From Salpingoeca rosetta (taxonomy: Eukaryota; Protista; Choanoflagellata): a stretch of DNA of 64,000 nucleotides. The position numbers and the translations under genes were made by a program. This document shows, one piece after another, positions 1-13,853 of this stretch. Within the stretch, counting starts at the first letter, position 1, and the number at the start of each line of letters is the position of its first letter. Under the pieces are notes generated by a model. It saw nothing but the letters and a program-made list of their open reading frames with translations. It was not told where the DNA came from and searched no databases. The stretch is taken from the NCBI GenBank assembly GCA_033442325.1, contig JAWQFM010000004.1, positions 2,328,830 through 2,392,829 of the forward strand. Reading direction: 5' to 3'.

Positions 1-102
1 CCCCGCCCACACACACACACACACACACACACGTACTCACATTGATGCGCGTGTGGTTGGTGACCAATGATGAACCCCCCCCCCTCCCTCCCGCCTCTCC
101 AG

Positions 103-406
103 TCGACCGGAAAGTTGTTCCGAGTGTTTCCTGAAACAGGACGGGACACACTGGCCGTATTGCACCAAATTCATTCCTCCATCAGACGAGGGCATGCGCC
201 CGCACGTGAGTTGATCTGCGAGCTGCTGTATGCACATTGTATCACGTCATGCTGGCACTTTCCATACACATACACACGTGTGCGTACGCGCTCATTTGTC
301 TCAATCCACAGCAGCCACACTTCTCATCACCAACACACCTCACTTTCTCCATCTGAGTTCCCACTCATCACTCTCCACTGTCACCTGCCCGTCCAATACC
401 ACCACC

Positions 407-488
<82 letters not shown>

Positions 489-491
489 CGT

Positions 492-527
<36 letters not shown>

Positions 528-917
528 CGGGTGAGCGATTCGGGGTCTGTGTCGTCGCGGTCGTCCCGGTCTCGGCCCGCACTCAACAACCCAGATGACA
601 TGCCAGACATCAAGACAATGAAGAGGTGCCAATGACACCTGTTGCATGGGATGGTGGTGGTGATGATCGAAGAGGGTGTGATGCATCGTGTTGCTCTCTC
701 TCCAACATGTCAGTCGTCCTCCGCTCACTTCTGATTCGTCTTCGCAACACCCCACACCCCTGCACCTCCACCACACCCCAACTGCACCACCACCACACCC
801 CAACTGCACCACCACCACACCCAACTGCACCACCACCGCACCCCAACTGCACCTCCACCGCACCCCAACTGCACCTCCACCGCACCCCAACTGCACCTCC
901 ACCGCCGTCTCTCCCTC

Positions 918-1002
<85 letters not shown>

Positions 1003-1498
1003 TCCATCGCGACAGACGCCGGCGTCCACAGCAGCAGCAGCCGGACCCGCACGAGGAAGAGCTGAAGAAGAAGAGTCGCCCTCAGGAGTCCGGCATCATC
1101 TGCCGCGGGTGCAGCCTGCCCCTCGTGATTGGCGAGGTGGTCGTGCAGATTGGCCGGCTTGAGGTGAGCTAATGTGCAAAGGGGCTGGGATAAAGATGGG
1201 ATGGGATGGGGCTGTAAGTTTGAACTCCTTTCGGCTCGCTGGCAAGAAAGAAGAGAGAAGCGTTCATGGTTCCACCGCACTTGTGCACTCACTCACAAAC
1301 ACACACGCACATCCCTTCTTTTCTTCTTGTTGCAGCCTGAGGAGCGATCATACTTCCACCCGATGTGCGTCATCTGTTCGCAGTGCGGCGAGCTGCTCGT
1401 GGATCTCAGATGCTTTGTCGACATTGGATGGGTGCGTGACTCACTTCAATGCATACGCTCATGTGTGACGCTGCTCTCTTTGGCGGTTGTCCTTCTCG

Positions 1499-1597
<99 letters not shown>

Positions 1598-2383
1598 TCG
1601 CACACTGCTTTGCGGCCACCCCCTCCCGCCACTGGCCATGATGCTTCATGACCGTGCCACGAAACCATCATGGCATCACAGGAGGAGCGTGGAACACCAG
1701 GTGCAGAGGAGCGATTGTTCTGTGGCCGCCACTGGGCAGACAACCGAAGGCCAAGGTCGGCAGCATGCTGTCCGTGTATTGTGTGCGCGCGTGCATGCAT
1801 GTGTGTGTCTGTGCATGTGTGTGTGTCTGTGGTCATGTGTTCTGCTCCGTTGACTCGCCAAGTCCTCTCACGCTCACAAACACATGCACTGTCACAAACA
1901 CACTCACAAAACACACACGCCACCAACAACACCCTTCCACAACCAGGTGCGCTGCGTGCGATGAAACGATCCATCAGCCAAAGCAAGTGTATGAGCTCAA
2001 CACCACGTGGCACTTTCGCCACTTTGCCTGTTACATCTGCGATGCAAACCTCACTGACGCATCAACATATGTCCCTCGAGACGGAAAGTAAGTGCTGTTG
2101 GTTGTTTATCTTGCTTGCTTGCTTGCCTGCTTGTCGTTTGTGCCCTTTGTGGACAACAGCCGCTCCTCCACTGCACCAAGTCACTGATCCCATGCTCATT
2201 TCCTGTTCCCCTCACCCCCCTCACTCCCGAACACACTCGTGCGCCCTGTGCTCCTGCCAGGCCACTGTGCATGGACTGCTACACGCAGCACATTGCCGAC
2301 AAATGTGTTGCCTGTGGACGCGCCATTGACGCCTCGCGTGGTGGCGGCGGCAAGGTGCGTGACCGAACAAATGCATGTGCGAT

Positions 2384-2443
<60 letters not shown>

Positions 2444-2967
2444 TGTGTGTCTGTGTGTCTGTGTGTGTCTGTGTGTGTCTGTGGTTGTTTGGGATTGCAA
2501 TGATGCTGCTTTTTGCCTTGTGCACGCTGTGCCATCATTGGTCTATGGTGTTACATCTGTGCTTGTCTGTTGTCACACCTCGCCACAATCCTCACCTGTG
2601 TGCCTTCTTTGAACTTGTGCGTCTCTTTTCGAAGATTTCCATCCAAGACAAGCACTGGCATCCAAAGTGCTTCGCCTGCAAGATGTGCAAAACATCGCTC
2701 AAGGTGTGTGTGTGTGTGTGCGTGTCTGTGTGTCTGCGTGTCTGTGTCTGTGTCTGTGTCTGTGTGCGTGCGTGTGTCTGTGTGTCTGTGTCTGTGTGTG
2801 CCCCTGTTTTCGCTTGCACCACCTCCCACATTCGCTTCACACGACTTCACACTGCGTTGCCACACCGCCCCCGCTTGTCTCACTGCTGCCAGGGAAAGCC
2901 GTGCGTGCCAAAGGGCACACGCGTGTATTGTAAAAAGTGCTACAAGAAGGTCGCGAAGGTCAAGTGA
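103..2967 (+). CDS. Testin/Prickle-family triple-LIM protein (5'-partial, about 9 exons in window)
   Basis: GT-AG exons (103-205, 528-625, 1016-1163, ~1336-1431, ~1682-1755, ~1947-2087, ~2261-2354, ~2635-2703, ~2893-2967) join in frame. They give CRGCSLPLVIGEVVV...YFHPMCVICSQCGELLVDL...LFCGRHWADNRRPRCAACDETI...WHFRHFACYICD...LCMDCY...KCVACGR...HWHPKCFACKMC...VYCKKCY. The ELLVDL and CGRH..RPRCAACDE motifs are typical of Testin/Prickle LIM1-2. Confidence 0.85.
762..905. repeat. Intronic ~22-bp minisatellite (CACCCCAACTGCACC(T/A)CCACC) followed by (CA)n
   Basis: About 6 tandem degenerate copies read directly from the sequence, inside intron 626-1015. Confidence 0.8.
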
Positions 2968-3320
2968 CATAAGGCTGGCACTCCCGCACCACTCTCGGAC
3001 ACCACACCAGCTCGCCCCTCCCGCTTGCCTTGCTCTCTCGTTTGATTGCTTTTTCTTGTATTCATTCCTTGCTCGCTTGCTCGTTGGCTGAAAGGGTCTC
3101 GTTTATGCCACAGTGCTTTGCACATCAATATACGTACATCAACACGCACGCGCAGCTCCAAGACTGGCAACAAGGAAATGATAACCATGCCAGACACAAC
3201 AAGCCAGAGCATGCGTGTGAGTGTGTGGGTGTATTTTGCGATTCCGTTTCCGTCCCAATTTCCATGTCCATCTTCATCAGCACCACCATCAACTACGCCT
3301 ACAACCAAATACATGTGACG

Positions 3321-6300
3321 TTACTGCGCGGCCTTCTTGCGCATCTCCCGCAGCTTCTTGAGCACCAAATCACGCCGCGCCTTGCCAGACGACGTCTTAA
3401 GCATCTTCTTCATCAGTGTCGCCTTGGCTCCCGTTGCCTTGCCCTTGTTCGTCTTGGCTGCAACCTTCGCCACGCTCGCCTTTGCCTCTGCCGCTGCTGG
3501 TGCTGCGCTGCTTGCACTGCTGTTGCCGGTCGCGGTTGCTTCCTCAGACTTGCTGCTCTTCTGTTGCGTCTTGGCAGTCTTTGCCTTTGCCTTGGCGGAT
3601 GTTGTCTTGGCCGTGGCCTTTGCGCTGGCAGGAGCAGCTGTTTCTGTTGTCTTTGCCTTCTCCTGCTTGACTGCATTGGTTTTGGGCGCAGTGGTGGCGC
3701 TCGGTTTGGCTGCAGAAGCCTGAGTCTTCTTTTGTCGCTGTTGTTGCTTCGGCTGCTGCTTTTGCTTCTTGGGCTGTTGTTGTTGTTGTTGTTGTTGCTT
3801 CTTTTCTGTCGCCTTTGCCTCCTCCTGCTGCTGTGTGTTCTTTTGCTGTTTCTTGGGCTGCTTTTGTTGTTGGTGTTGCTTCTGTTGTTGCTGGTTCTGA
3901 CCATGCTTGTTCTTCTTGCCACCCTTCTTGGTTGGCGCGCTCTTCACATCATCCTCAGCCGTGTCCATGCCATTCGCGGTGTCCTGCTTCCTCGCCTTCT
4001 GCTGCTCTTTCTTGCCCTTCTTTCCCTGCTCTTCCTTCTTTCCCTGCTTCCCTTGCTTCTTCCCTTGCTTCTTCGATTGCTCTTCCTGCTTCGCCTTGTC
4101 GTCATCCGTCTTGCTGGGAATCTGAAAACAGCAACACATCGCATCAAGACAACGTGAGTAACGAGTGAGTGGCTGCACACAACAAGCAAGTACAGAGTAC
4201 ACTATGTGTGTGCACGTATGTGTGCGTATGCGTGCGTGAGTGGATGGTCATTTGGCACGAGATGCTGCACCTTGTTTGAGAGCTTCTTCAGCTTGGCGAC
4301 AAAGAAGCCGTCCATGTTGTGGACGTGAGGATAAAACCTCCTCGTCAACTGCATCGTCTGTCGTTTGCGTCACGTCAACAAGGCCAAACGCGCAGATATC
4401 GATGAGAAACCCCACAACATACGGAAACGCACAAGGCACGTCAAGCGAAGTGACATGCGTGGGCAGAGGGCTTCGGAGTGCACGTAACAGCACACCACAC
4501 AGCACACCACACACACATACACGCACATCCCAATCGATGTCACTTACGTCTGGAAAGTGCTTTCCGCGGTAGCTCTTGAAGCCAGGGCGGCCAAAGGTAA
4601 GGCCTGTGTCCACAAGCTTCACGTTGCGCTTGCGGAGGGCATAGTTGACCACCTCCTCGTTCTCATCAACCTGCCGTTGGGACAGTAGATGGTTCAGAGG
4701 AGTGGAGGTAAGTGTGTGTGTGTGTGTGCAATTGTGTGTGTGCGTGTATGCAATTGTGTGGTTTGGATTCAACAAAAACGGGAACAACGTTGAAGAACAA
4801 GTTGGATGGAAATAGTGGAAGGAAAGGGGCGGGCAAACGAGACCCAAGATTGAAGAGGAAGAAAAGGAAGAGTGTCGGAAGGCTTTACAGCACGCTCGTT
4901 GTGAGAAAAGCAGCGAGCGTGTGAAAATCCTCCCATGCTGGTCTACCAGTATTAGGCGATGACGACCACAGTGGAGAATCCACCAAGTGTCGGCACCTTG
5001 CGTAACCGGATGAAAGGGCAAGAGGGGCAGGACACAAGGGAGAGGGCGGAGGGAAAGCGGGAGAAGGAGAGGGGGCAAGGGACAGAGAGGAGAGACAAAG
5101 GAGACAAAGGAGAAGGGGCGCAAGAACAAGCACAAAGACAAACGAACGAAAGGTTCAACAACGATGCACCGGACAACGTGCTGTATGTGTGTACTGACCA
5201 TGATGGAACAGGTACTGTAGACAATGTAACCGCCCGTCTTGCTGTTTGCATCAACAGAGTCGATGGCAGCCAGAATGAGCTCCTTCTGCAGCGTCGAGCA
5301 CCGCCGGAAGTCCGTCTCGTCCTGTTTGCGAAAACGACAACAATGAGGGAATGAGTGTGAGGGTGAGTGTATATTATGTTAAGGGTGTGTGTGTTAGGGT
5401 GTGTGTGTGTGTGTGTTTGGGTGTGTGTGAGTGTGAGTGTGTGTGTGTGTGAGTGTGTGATGGTACATGTGGCAGTGAAATCGACACCTGAGGCAAACTA
5501 CATCATACATGCCTATGTTCGCAAGAGAGCAAATCCAAATCAATGTCAGGGTGGCTGACCTTTGTGTTCTTTGCGGAGGCGTCCTTTGAGATGACACCAC
5601 TTCCACTGCACGGCGCATCAAGCAAGATGCGGTCAAACCCGCCAATCACCTGCACACATGCAACAGCAGCAGCAGCACCCATGGGGAAGAGACACGCGCG
5701 AGCAGTCACAAGTGAGTGGGTGGGGAACATGACAACAAGAGAAACAAACAACAGATGAAGTCAGTGCAATACATTGGCGCGACGAAACACATGCAGTGTC
5801 TCACCGTTGGGAAGGAGCGGCCGTCGTAGTTGCAGACCACGGTGTTGGTGACGCCAAGACGGGAGATGTTCGCCGCCAGCGATTTGATGCGCGCCTGGGA
5901 AACGTAGAGACAAGAAGAAACAAAACCACGAAAATGAGTGAAATGGCATGTGCACGTGAGGGTGGTGCACGGAGAGCAAGAACCACAGCCATAGCAACAA
6001 TTATCGTGTACCTGCCACATCACGATCGACGCACAATCAGAAACCGCAGCACAATCAAGTTTGCACCACAGTAACCACGACCATGTGTCGCACCTTGTTT
6101 GCATCGTTTGCAAAGAGGACGCCCGTGTTCTTCATGAGGGCGGCAATGTACGTCGTCTTGCCACCGGGGGCTGCCGCCATGTCCAGCACGCGCTCGTTGG
6201 GCTGCGGTGCCAGCGCCATCACAGGCAGGAACGACGACGCGCTCTGGATAATGTAGTGGCCACACAGATACTGCAGGGCGAGAAAACGGGTAAGAGGAGG

Positions 6301-8984
6301 AAAGGAGGTAAGCGTGAGGAGCTGTGTGTGTGTGCGCGTGTCTGTGTGTGTGCGTGTGTCCGTGTGTGTGCGTGTGCGTGTGTCCGTGTGTCCGTGTGTG
6401 TGCGTGTGTCCGTGTGTGTGCGTGTGTGTCTGTGTGTATGCGTGTGTGTCTGTGTGTGGCAGCGGTCGACGGCCTGCAGACGTGCCATATACACGCACAA
6501 AATGGCCAACCCGAGCGAAAACATCAAACAACAAGGGAAACACCAAACAACAACAAACACACGCAGATGAACGGAACGACGCGAGTTGCTGCAACGCCCT
6601 AAAGCTGCATGTGACCAACCTCTGGGGTGGCGCCGATGGGCACGTTTGACTCGAAGACGACGAGGCCGACCTTGGACCAGTTGCCGACAGAGTCGAGCGA
6701 GACGCCACGGTTGGAGAGTGCCTGCATGAGGTCGCGCTGCCGGGTGCGCAGCGTGTTGGTGCGGATCGTCACGGGGCGGCGCACTTCGTTAGCCTCCAAC
6801 GCGTCAACAAGCTCGTTGAGCGGGAAGAGATCCATCAGGCGCTGCATCATGCACTCGTTGTAGCCGTAGTAGGTGCACAGGTCCTTCTTCAGCAGCGTCG
6901 TGTACTCTGAACGCGACCGCGCCGGGTCACGCATCGTCTGCACGCAAAAGCAGAGTAAGCAATGGAGAGGGGGAATGTGAGGATGAAGGACCGAGGACGT
7001 TGGTGGTGGGTTCAGTCAAATAGGTTGGGGAAGCCATACAAATTGCAACTGAGTTCGTTCCACAACACATAACACAATGGTGTTCACTTGCACGTTGTGA
7101 TGGCACCTTAAAGTCTTGGAGGGTGTTCATATTCTCCTTGATGCGCATCTGGATGACCATGAGATCCTCTGTGATGTTGTTCATCGACTCAATCTCGTCA
7201 AGGCTCGGCAACGCAAACTTATCCCTGCACAGATGTGATGCACATGTGCACACGCAGACATAGACATGAAAGGACAGTTTGTAAGAAGACTCAACAACAG
7301 AGGGGGATTGTGTGAGGTGGTGGGGCAAACAGGCGTCAGGGAAGCGTGCGCCCCGCAGCCTCTATATTGTGTATGTGTGCAGGCCAGTGTTCGTGTTGTC
7401 ACGCGATAACTCACGATTTGTCAACGTTGGTCATCATCTCCTCCTCGGCCAATCGCCTGTTTCGCACACGCACGTGACACAAGCATGGACAATCGTAAGA
7501 TTCAAGGGTAAAAAGATGAGATGATTGCACGGCAAGCAAGCGCACAGTTTGTTCACCAGGCCCCCTCCCCCGGCCTTGGCAGCAGAGCAGTTACACAATC
7601 AGAAAAGCAAAAGCGGTGCAGTCAAGGCGACGTACTCGTCTTCAGCCTCTTGTGCGTCAATTTCCTCGGCCTGGCGTTCAAAGTCATCAAGGCCCATGAC
7701 CTCCACATCGCTGCCGCCCATATCATCATCCTCATCCTCATCCTCGTCCTCGCCCTCTTCGTCGTCGTCCTCAAGCATGTCGCCAAAGTCGTTCTCGTCG
7801 TCGCTGTTGGCAAAGAAGTCGCCTGCATCGCCGGCACCGTTCTCCATGTCATCATCGTCTGCCTCCTCATCGCTCTCTTCTTGTTCGCCGGCCGCATCGT
7901 CGCTTTCCTCCTCAATGTCGGACGGGGCGTCCTTGGGCTTGAGCCATGACCTGTTCTCGTCACTAAAATGCTTTGACTTGGGCATGGCCGGCACTTCCTC
8001 GGCGTCAGAGTCGCCTGCAGCGAGCGGTGGCGCAAGAGCATTGGAGAAGTGAGTGAGCGCGCGTTGTCATTTGGGTGTGTGTGTGTGTGTGTGCGTGTGT
8101 GTGTGCCTGTGTGTGTGTGTGTGTCTGCAAGAGCTGTGAAGTGGACGGGCAGCAAACATCAAGTGCAGGTGCACCAAGTGCCGGTGCGACCAACGATGAG
8201 CAGAGCTGAGCTGAACACAAACGTGTTAACAACTCGCACACACGCATTGACAACTACGCGAAGTGTGTTGGAAACCTTACCGAAGAAGTCTGCCTCGTGG
8301 GCGGCGGTATCCATGTCTGCGTCAAACTCGTCCGCCACCTCCTGCTGCTGCTTCTTCTGCTTCTGCTTCTGCGCCTTTGCCTCGAGTTGCGCCTGGCGTG
8401 CTTCTTCCTTCATGGCTTCAACCATTGCCTTCTTCTTCAGCCTGAACAAGAACAACGAGGATTGGGCAGAGCAGGGAGAACACGGGTGAGAGATGGAAGC
8501 GATCGCACCGGAGACGTGGGCTTGACGCGGTGCAATCGAGATAACGTGAGGTGCAATGACAAGACAAGGAAGTCAAGCATGTGTGCACTTCGAGCATCAC
8601 TCACTGCTTGCGGAGACGCCTTGGATTCCTTGGCTTCTTCTCTGTTTTGACGTCACGAAAGTTGAATCGATGCACGAGGTGAGCGTGGGGAGAAAGAAGG
8701 AGTGAGAGACACACAGACACACAGAGGGGAGCAAACAGGTGAAGTTGGTTGATCAGACAGAGCGAGTGAGTGAGTAAGCGAGTGAGTGAGTGAGCGAGTG
8801 AGTGAGAGGGCGCTTCGTGTGTGAAAGACAAGGAGAACGAGATGCGCAGGTGCACAATGGCAGGAGCTCGAAGAGCGCACGCGATACCTTCTGTGCCTGG
8901 AAGAGGGGCTGGGTCCTTTTGCTTACGAGACTTCCTCCCGGGGCCACGAACCTGGCTGGGATCGTCATAGCGCTTGCGTCCCAT
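3321..8984 (-). CDS. NOP2: NOP2/NSUN1 rRNA m5C methyltransferase (multi-exon)
   Basis: N-terminus [23 protein letters not shown]; [98 protein letters not shown]; Lys/Gln/Ala-rich last exon ending at 3321. Confidence 0.96.
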
Positions 8985-8985
8985 G

Positions 8986-9035
<50 letters not shown>

Positions 9036-9277
9036 GTAGAGGGAGAGAGGGGTGGGGGGAGAGGGAGAGTGTGTGTCGTGTGGTGTGCGGCTTAGTGGAT
9101 GAAGTGCGACACGTGCGCAGAGAAAAAGAAGCAGCAAAGGGAAAATACACGCAGAGAAGAACAAGCTTGAGGAGAGAAAAACTTTGTGGGGAGCACGTGG
9201 CAAAAAGAGCAACATCAAGGGCGCAAGGGCAAATTTGACTTGCTCTGCGATCATCCAAAGGCAACTTTGACTTGGAC

Positions 9278-9397
9278 ATGGCGGATCAGGCGAACAAGTA
9301 CGATGGCTTGCTGGCCAAGTACGCCGAGGTGAGTGCTGAGCAGTGTCTGTGGCTGTGATGGTGTTGTCTGCGTGTGTGTCTGTGTCTGTGTCTGTGC

Positions 9398-9429
<32 letters not shown>

Positions 9430-10046
9430 CTGTCTGTGTGTGTGTGTGTGCTTGTGTGTGTGTGTGTGTGTCTGTGTGTGCCGGTCTCTGCCTGCCGTTG
9501 TTCGGACAAGGTCTGGTGCATTCACGCCACCCTTCTGCTCTAACCTGTTCTTCCTCTTGCTCTCATCACCACCCACCAACAGCTGAAGCAGAAGCACACG
9601 GTGCTGAAGCGAGCCATGAAGGAGATGCAGGCCCAACAACAGCAAGGCCAGCAACAACATGGCCAGCATGGGCAGCAAGGGCAGGGGCCGTCTGAAGGTT
9701 ATGCGGACGCAACCATGAGCCTCAAGGTGAGCAATTTCCGACACTGTCTTGCAGTAGCACCATCAACTACATGCGATGACTGCATGACCGGTGGCTGTGC
9801 TGTCAGCCGCCTACACAACTTGTTGTGCACTGACGTTATTCTCTAACCGCCCACAAAAAGACCCACAACATGCGTTTACAGACACACACACAAACGCATG
9901 GATGAAGCTCACACTTTTTTTTTGTCTTGCTTCTTTTCCCTTCTCTCCTCTAGGAGCAACTTCGTGGCCGAGATCAGCGTATCCGCGATCTACGGCAAGA
10001 ACTGGACGCCATGACCTTCCAACGCGACCAGGTTGCGCAGTGTGTC

Positions 10047-10077
<31 letters not shown>

Positions 10078-10223
10078 GTCTGTGTGTGTGTGTCTGTGTC
10101 TGTCTGTGTGTATGTGTGTGTCTGCATGGATGTAGGTGTGTGTGTGTGTCTATATGTGTATGGGCAGTTCATTATGATCTTTTGTGCTGACCAATAGTTT
10201 CGGCCGTCACTGACACATCATAC

Positions 10224-10269
<46 letters not shown>

Positions 10270-11968
10270 ACCACCACCATACCATGCACAATGCGCCATG
10301 CACGGCTGCACAGCTGTCGCGCCGCGTGGAGGTGCTGCAGGAGGATGTGCGGCAGTCGTCATCTGCGGGCAGCCGCTCGAAGAAAGGCCAAATCGCCAAG
10401 CTCAACGAGGCCATGGCCATCCAGGTGCAGTGTGATTTCTGCTGCTGCACCTGGAGATGGGATTGGTTTGTGCACAATGCGTGACAAGCGCTACAGCAGC
10501 AGTGCAGCTGTGCATGTCGCTATGCACACGCATGCTCAGCTGTGCATGTCGCTATGCACACGCATGCTCGCCCGGCGCGTATGCTTACACACGTCCTCAC
10601 AACACGTCCTCACAACAACACGTACTCGTATCCACACATCAACATCAACATCCACGTACATGCAACTGCTCTGCAGGGCGAGGAGTTGCAGAGGAAGATT
10701 GAGGAGAACGCAAAACTGCACACGCTCGTCTCCGACCTCAACAACAAACTTGCAGACATGCAGCGCAGATACAAGCAGGCCATGGCGCAGGCAAAGGCGA
10801 GCGCACTCGTGCTTTGACCCCGTGCCTGCATGCACACACGCGCGTGCCTGCATGCACACATGGGGCTGTTGTTCTTGCGTTCTTTGCTACTCTGTTGATA
10901 TGTTCAGGGCACAGAAAGGAGGCGAGCGTAGCCGCAACCACAACACCAACAATATGACGACCACCACCAACTTCATCATCACGCGCACGCCAGCTCAACT
11001 GCGTATACGTGTCTCACGTGTTTACAGGGTGCGACGGCTGATGCGACGCGGGAGTTGCAGCAGCAACTTGACGAGAGGACAGAGGAGGCAGAGAGGCACA
11101 AGTTCAACACAATCCAGCTGCAGAGAGTTCGTTGTGTGCGCACGCGTGTGTGTGTCTGTGTATGTGTGTGTCTGTGTGTTTGTTTGTGTGTGTGTGTCTG
11201 TGTGTGTGTCTGTGTGTGGGTGTGTCTGTGCCTCATGTATGGTTGGCACACTCGGTATATGACTCGGTGGTAACTCGCTTCCCGAACCACCACACATCAA
11301 CACATCAACACATCAACACATCAACACCCCCGTTGCCCTCATTTTCGTCGCTGCTGCCGCTGCAACCAGGAGCTGGACACGGTGCGTGAAACCCTGCGAA
11401 CGACAGCACAAGAAGCAGAAAAGACAGCACGGGAGTGGCAGGAGAAACATTCCGCCCTGCAGGAAGCACACCGCGTTACCCTGCTCCAACTCGAACAACA
11501 GGTACACACCTCACGTGCTCGTTCACTTCTTTTCTGCGTTTCGTTCATGTTTTTGGTTCGTTCGTGTGGTTCTGCTTGCATTTAATCACATTCTCTCCAC
11601 ATCCCTTCCATCTCACCATAGCCACCACCACCACCACCACACACACACACACACACACACATACATACACACATACATACATACATACACCCTCGTGCCT
11701 GTTGCAGCGGCCTGCGTTTGACAGCACGGCGTGTGCGCCACTGCTCCGGTTCAACCTGCACCACACCACGCGTGCCCAGCGTGATGCTCTTGTCCAACTC
11801 CGCGAACACGGCCAGTCGCTCGTGTCGGCCGCCATATCCAACATTGTCGCCTTTCTCGCAAACTTTGAGGACCGCGCACAGCAACTGCAGCACCGTACGT
11901 GTCGTTGTTGTTGTTGTTGTTGTTGTTACGGTATTATGTACATTTGCGTTTGCATGTGTGTGTGCGCA

Positions 11969-12019
<51 letters not shown>

Positions 12020-12584
12020 GTGAAGGAGCTGACTTTGCTATTCCATTGTACCGTTGTTATTTTCCCTTCCACTTAGACTTGTCTCGCGACTACATTGCTC
12101 ACGCCACCACCACGCCACAACACACCACCACCAGACTTCCCGCTGTCGTCGCCTGGCGTGCATGATCTCATGCATCTACTGCAGCAGCGCTCCCAGTCGC
12201 TCGCACGCATCACAGCCGCGTACACGAGGTCGGGGGCACGCAAAGGGGCAGGGTATGAGAGGGACAACGCAGGGGTTCATAAGACTTGCTTTCCTGTCCC
12301 AAAAACACTCTGATCTTTCGCTCTCGATGCACCATCCCGCGACTCCTCTCTCAACATGCCACACACACACACGCACACACACACGCGCGCAAACACACAC
12401 GTGTACACGCTTGTTTTCCTCAGCTGGGTGTCGGATGGAGATTCCACCGCGTTTCAAACGGCCCTCTACTCTGGCGCCGTCTACTTGCAGGACATTGCGC
12501 AACACTTTGTGAGACATCGGCTTGTGTTCATGCGTGCGTGTGCAGATGTGTGTGTGTGTATGTGTGTGTGTGTGTGTTCATGTA

Positions 12585-12631
<47 letters not shown>

Positions 12632-12770
12632 GTGTGTTCATGTGTGTGCATGTCTGGGTGGTTGTCTCGCTGTGTGACCATCGTGGCCGCCTGTGTTCAG
12701 TTGTCGTCTTTTCCGTCATCCACCGCTTCCACCACCAAACTCACTTCACCACCACTTTCATCATGCTCAT

Positions 12771-12801
<31 letters not shown>

Positions 12802-13038
12802 CCATCGTCGTCATCGTTACCCTGATCGCTTCGCTTCAGGCGGTGTATGAGCAGGTGCAGTCGTCCAGCGATGCGTGCACGGATGCTCTTTGCGACATCA
12901 ACGCCGACATCTCCAAACACATGCACACACTGGCGAGTGCCGTCTTGCGAACGAGCACACACGTGTCGGCTGTCCTGCACCACGCGAACAACAGCAGCAA
13001 CGACACCAGCAACACGCACACGAGCGAAAAGGCCGCTG

Positions 13039-13084
<46 letters not shown>

Positions 13085-13536
13085 AGACAACAAAGACAAC
13101 AACACTCGCCACCGGCTATCGCCCGCTGTTGCGTTTGTGCAAGTCGTGACATCACTCCGTGATATGCAATCATCTGCAAAGCAGCTGTGCGCATCGTTCA
13201 AGAGCAAGACAGCGCTGGAGGCGCGCTTGCTGGACCTGGATGATGCAACAACAACCACCGACACCATGCTCAACAGTGCGCTGTCGAAGCTTGCAAGCAC
13301 GCTTGATCGCACATGTGCGTTCTTTCGCGATCAGCGACGCACGCTCTCTGGACAGCTGTTTGCGTGTCGGGGACAGGCAGGACCGCCGTTCATGCTGGAG
13401 AAGGACCTGGGTGGACAATTTGTCCACCAAAAGGAGTTGATGGCGCGTGCGCGGCGGCTGATGTCGCGAACACATGTACAGGACGATGGGACGCTTGACA
13501 CGCCCGCGGAACCAGCGCACACCACCGCATACGCGC

Positions 13537-13579
<43 letters not shown>

Positions 13580-13795
13580 GTCATCAGCACATGCACAAGA
13601 CGATGCTGGCGTGTCGAATTCGCCGTCCAATCGGCAGCAGCAGCAGGAACACCTGTCCACCAATGGCATTTCATCACAACCACAGGGCGCCTCGCCTGAT
13701 GCATTCGCTGCACTCAAAGACAAGGTGTGATCGTGGGCATGTGTGTGCGGATGTGTGTGTGTGGGTGGGTGTGTTTGTGTGTGTGGGGGGGGGGG

Positions 13796-13853
<58 letters not shown>

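Noticed and set aside
762-905. CACCCCAACTGCACC repeats as telomeric or CRISPR-like array
   Set aside because: Degenerate intronic minisatellite, not TTAGGG-type, with no spacers.
3030-4157. Leu-rich 375-aa plus-strand ORF (and similar antisense ORFs over ARM B, SPAG17 and the C39-like gene)
   Set aside because: Antisense shadows of real coding exons.
10505-10569. 32-bp direct duplication with internal hairpin (GTGCATGTCGCTATGCAC)
   Set aside because: Adjacent tandem duplication in an intron with no intervening element, so not a target-site duplication or a recognisable ncRNA.
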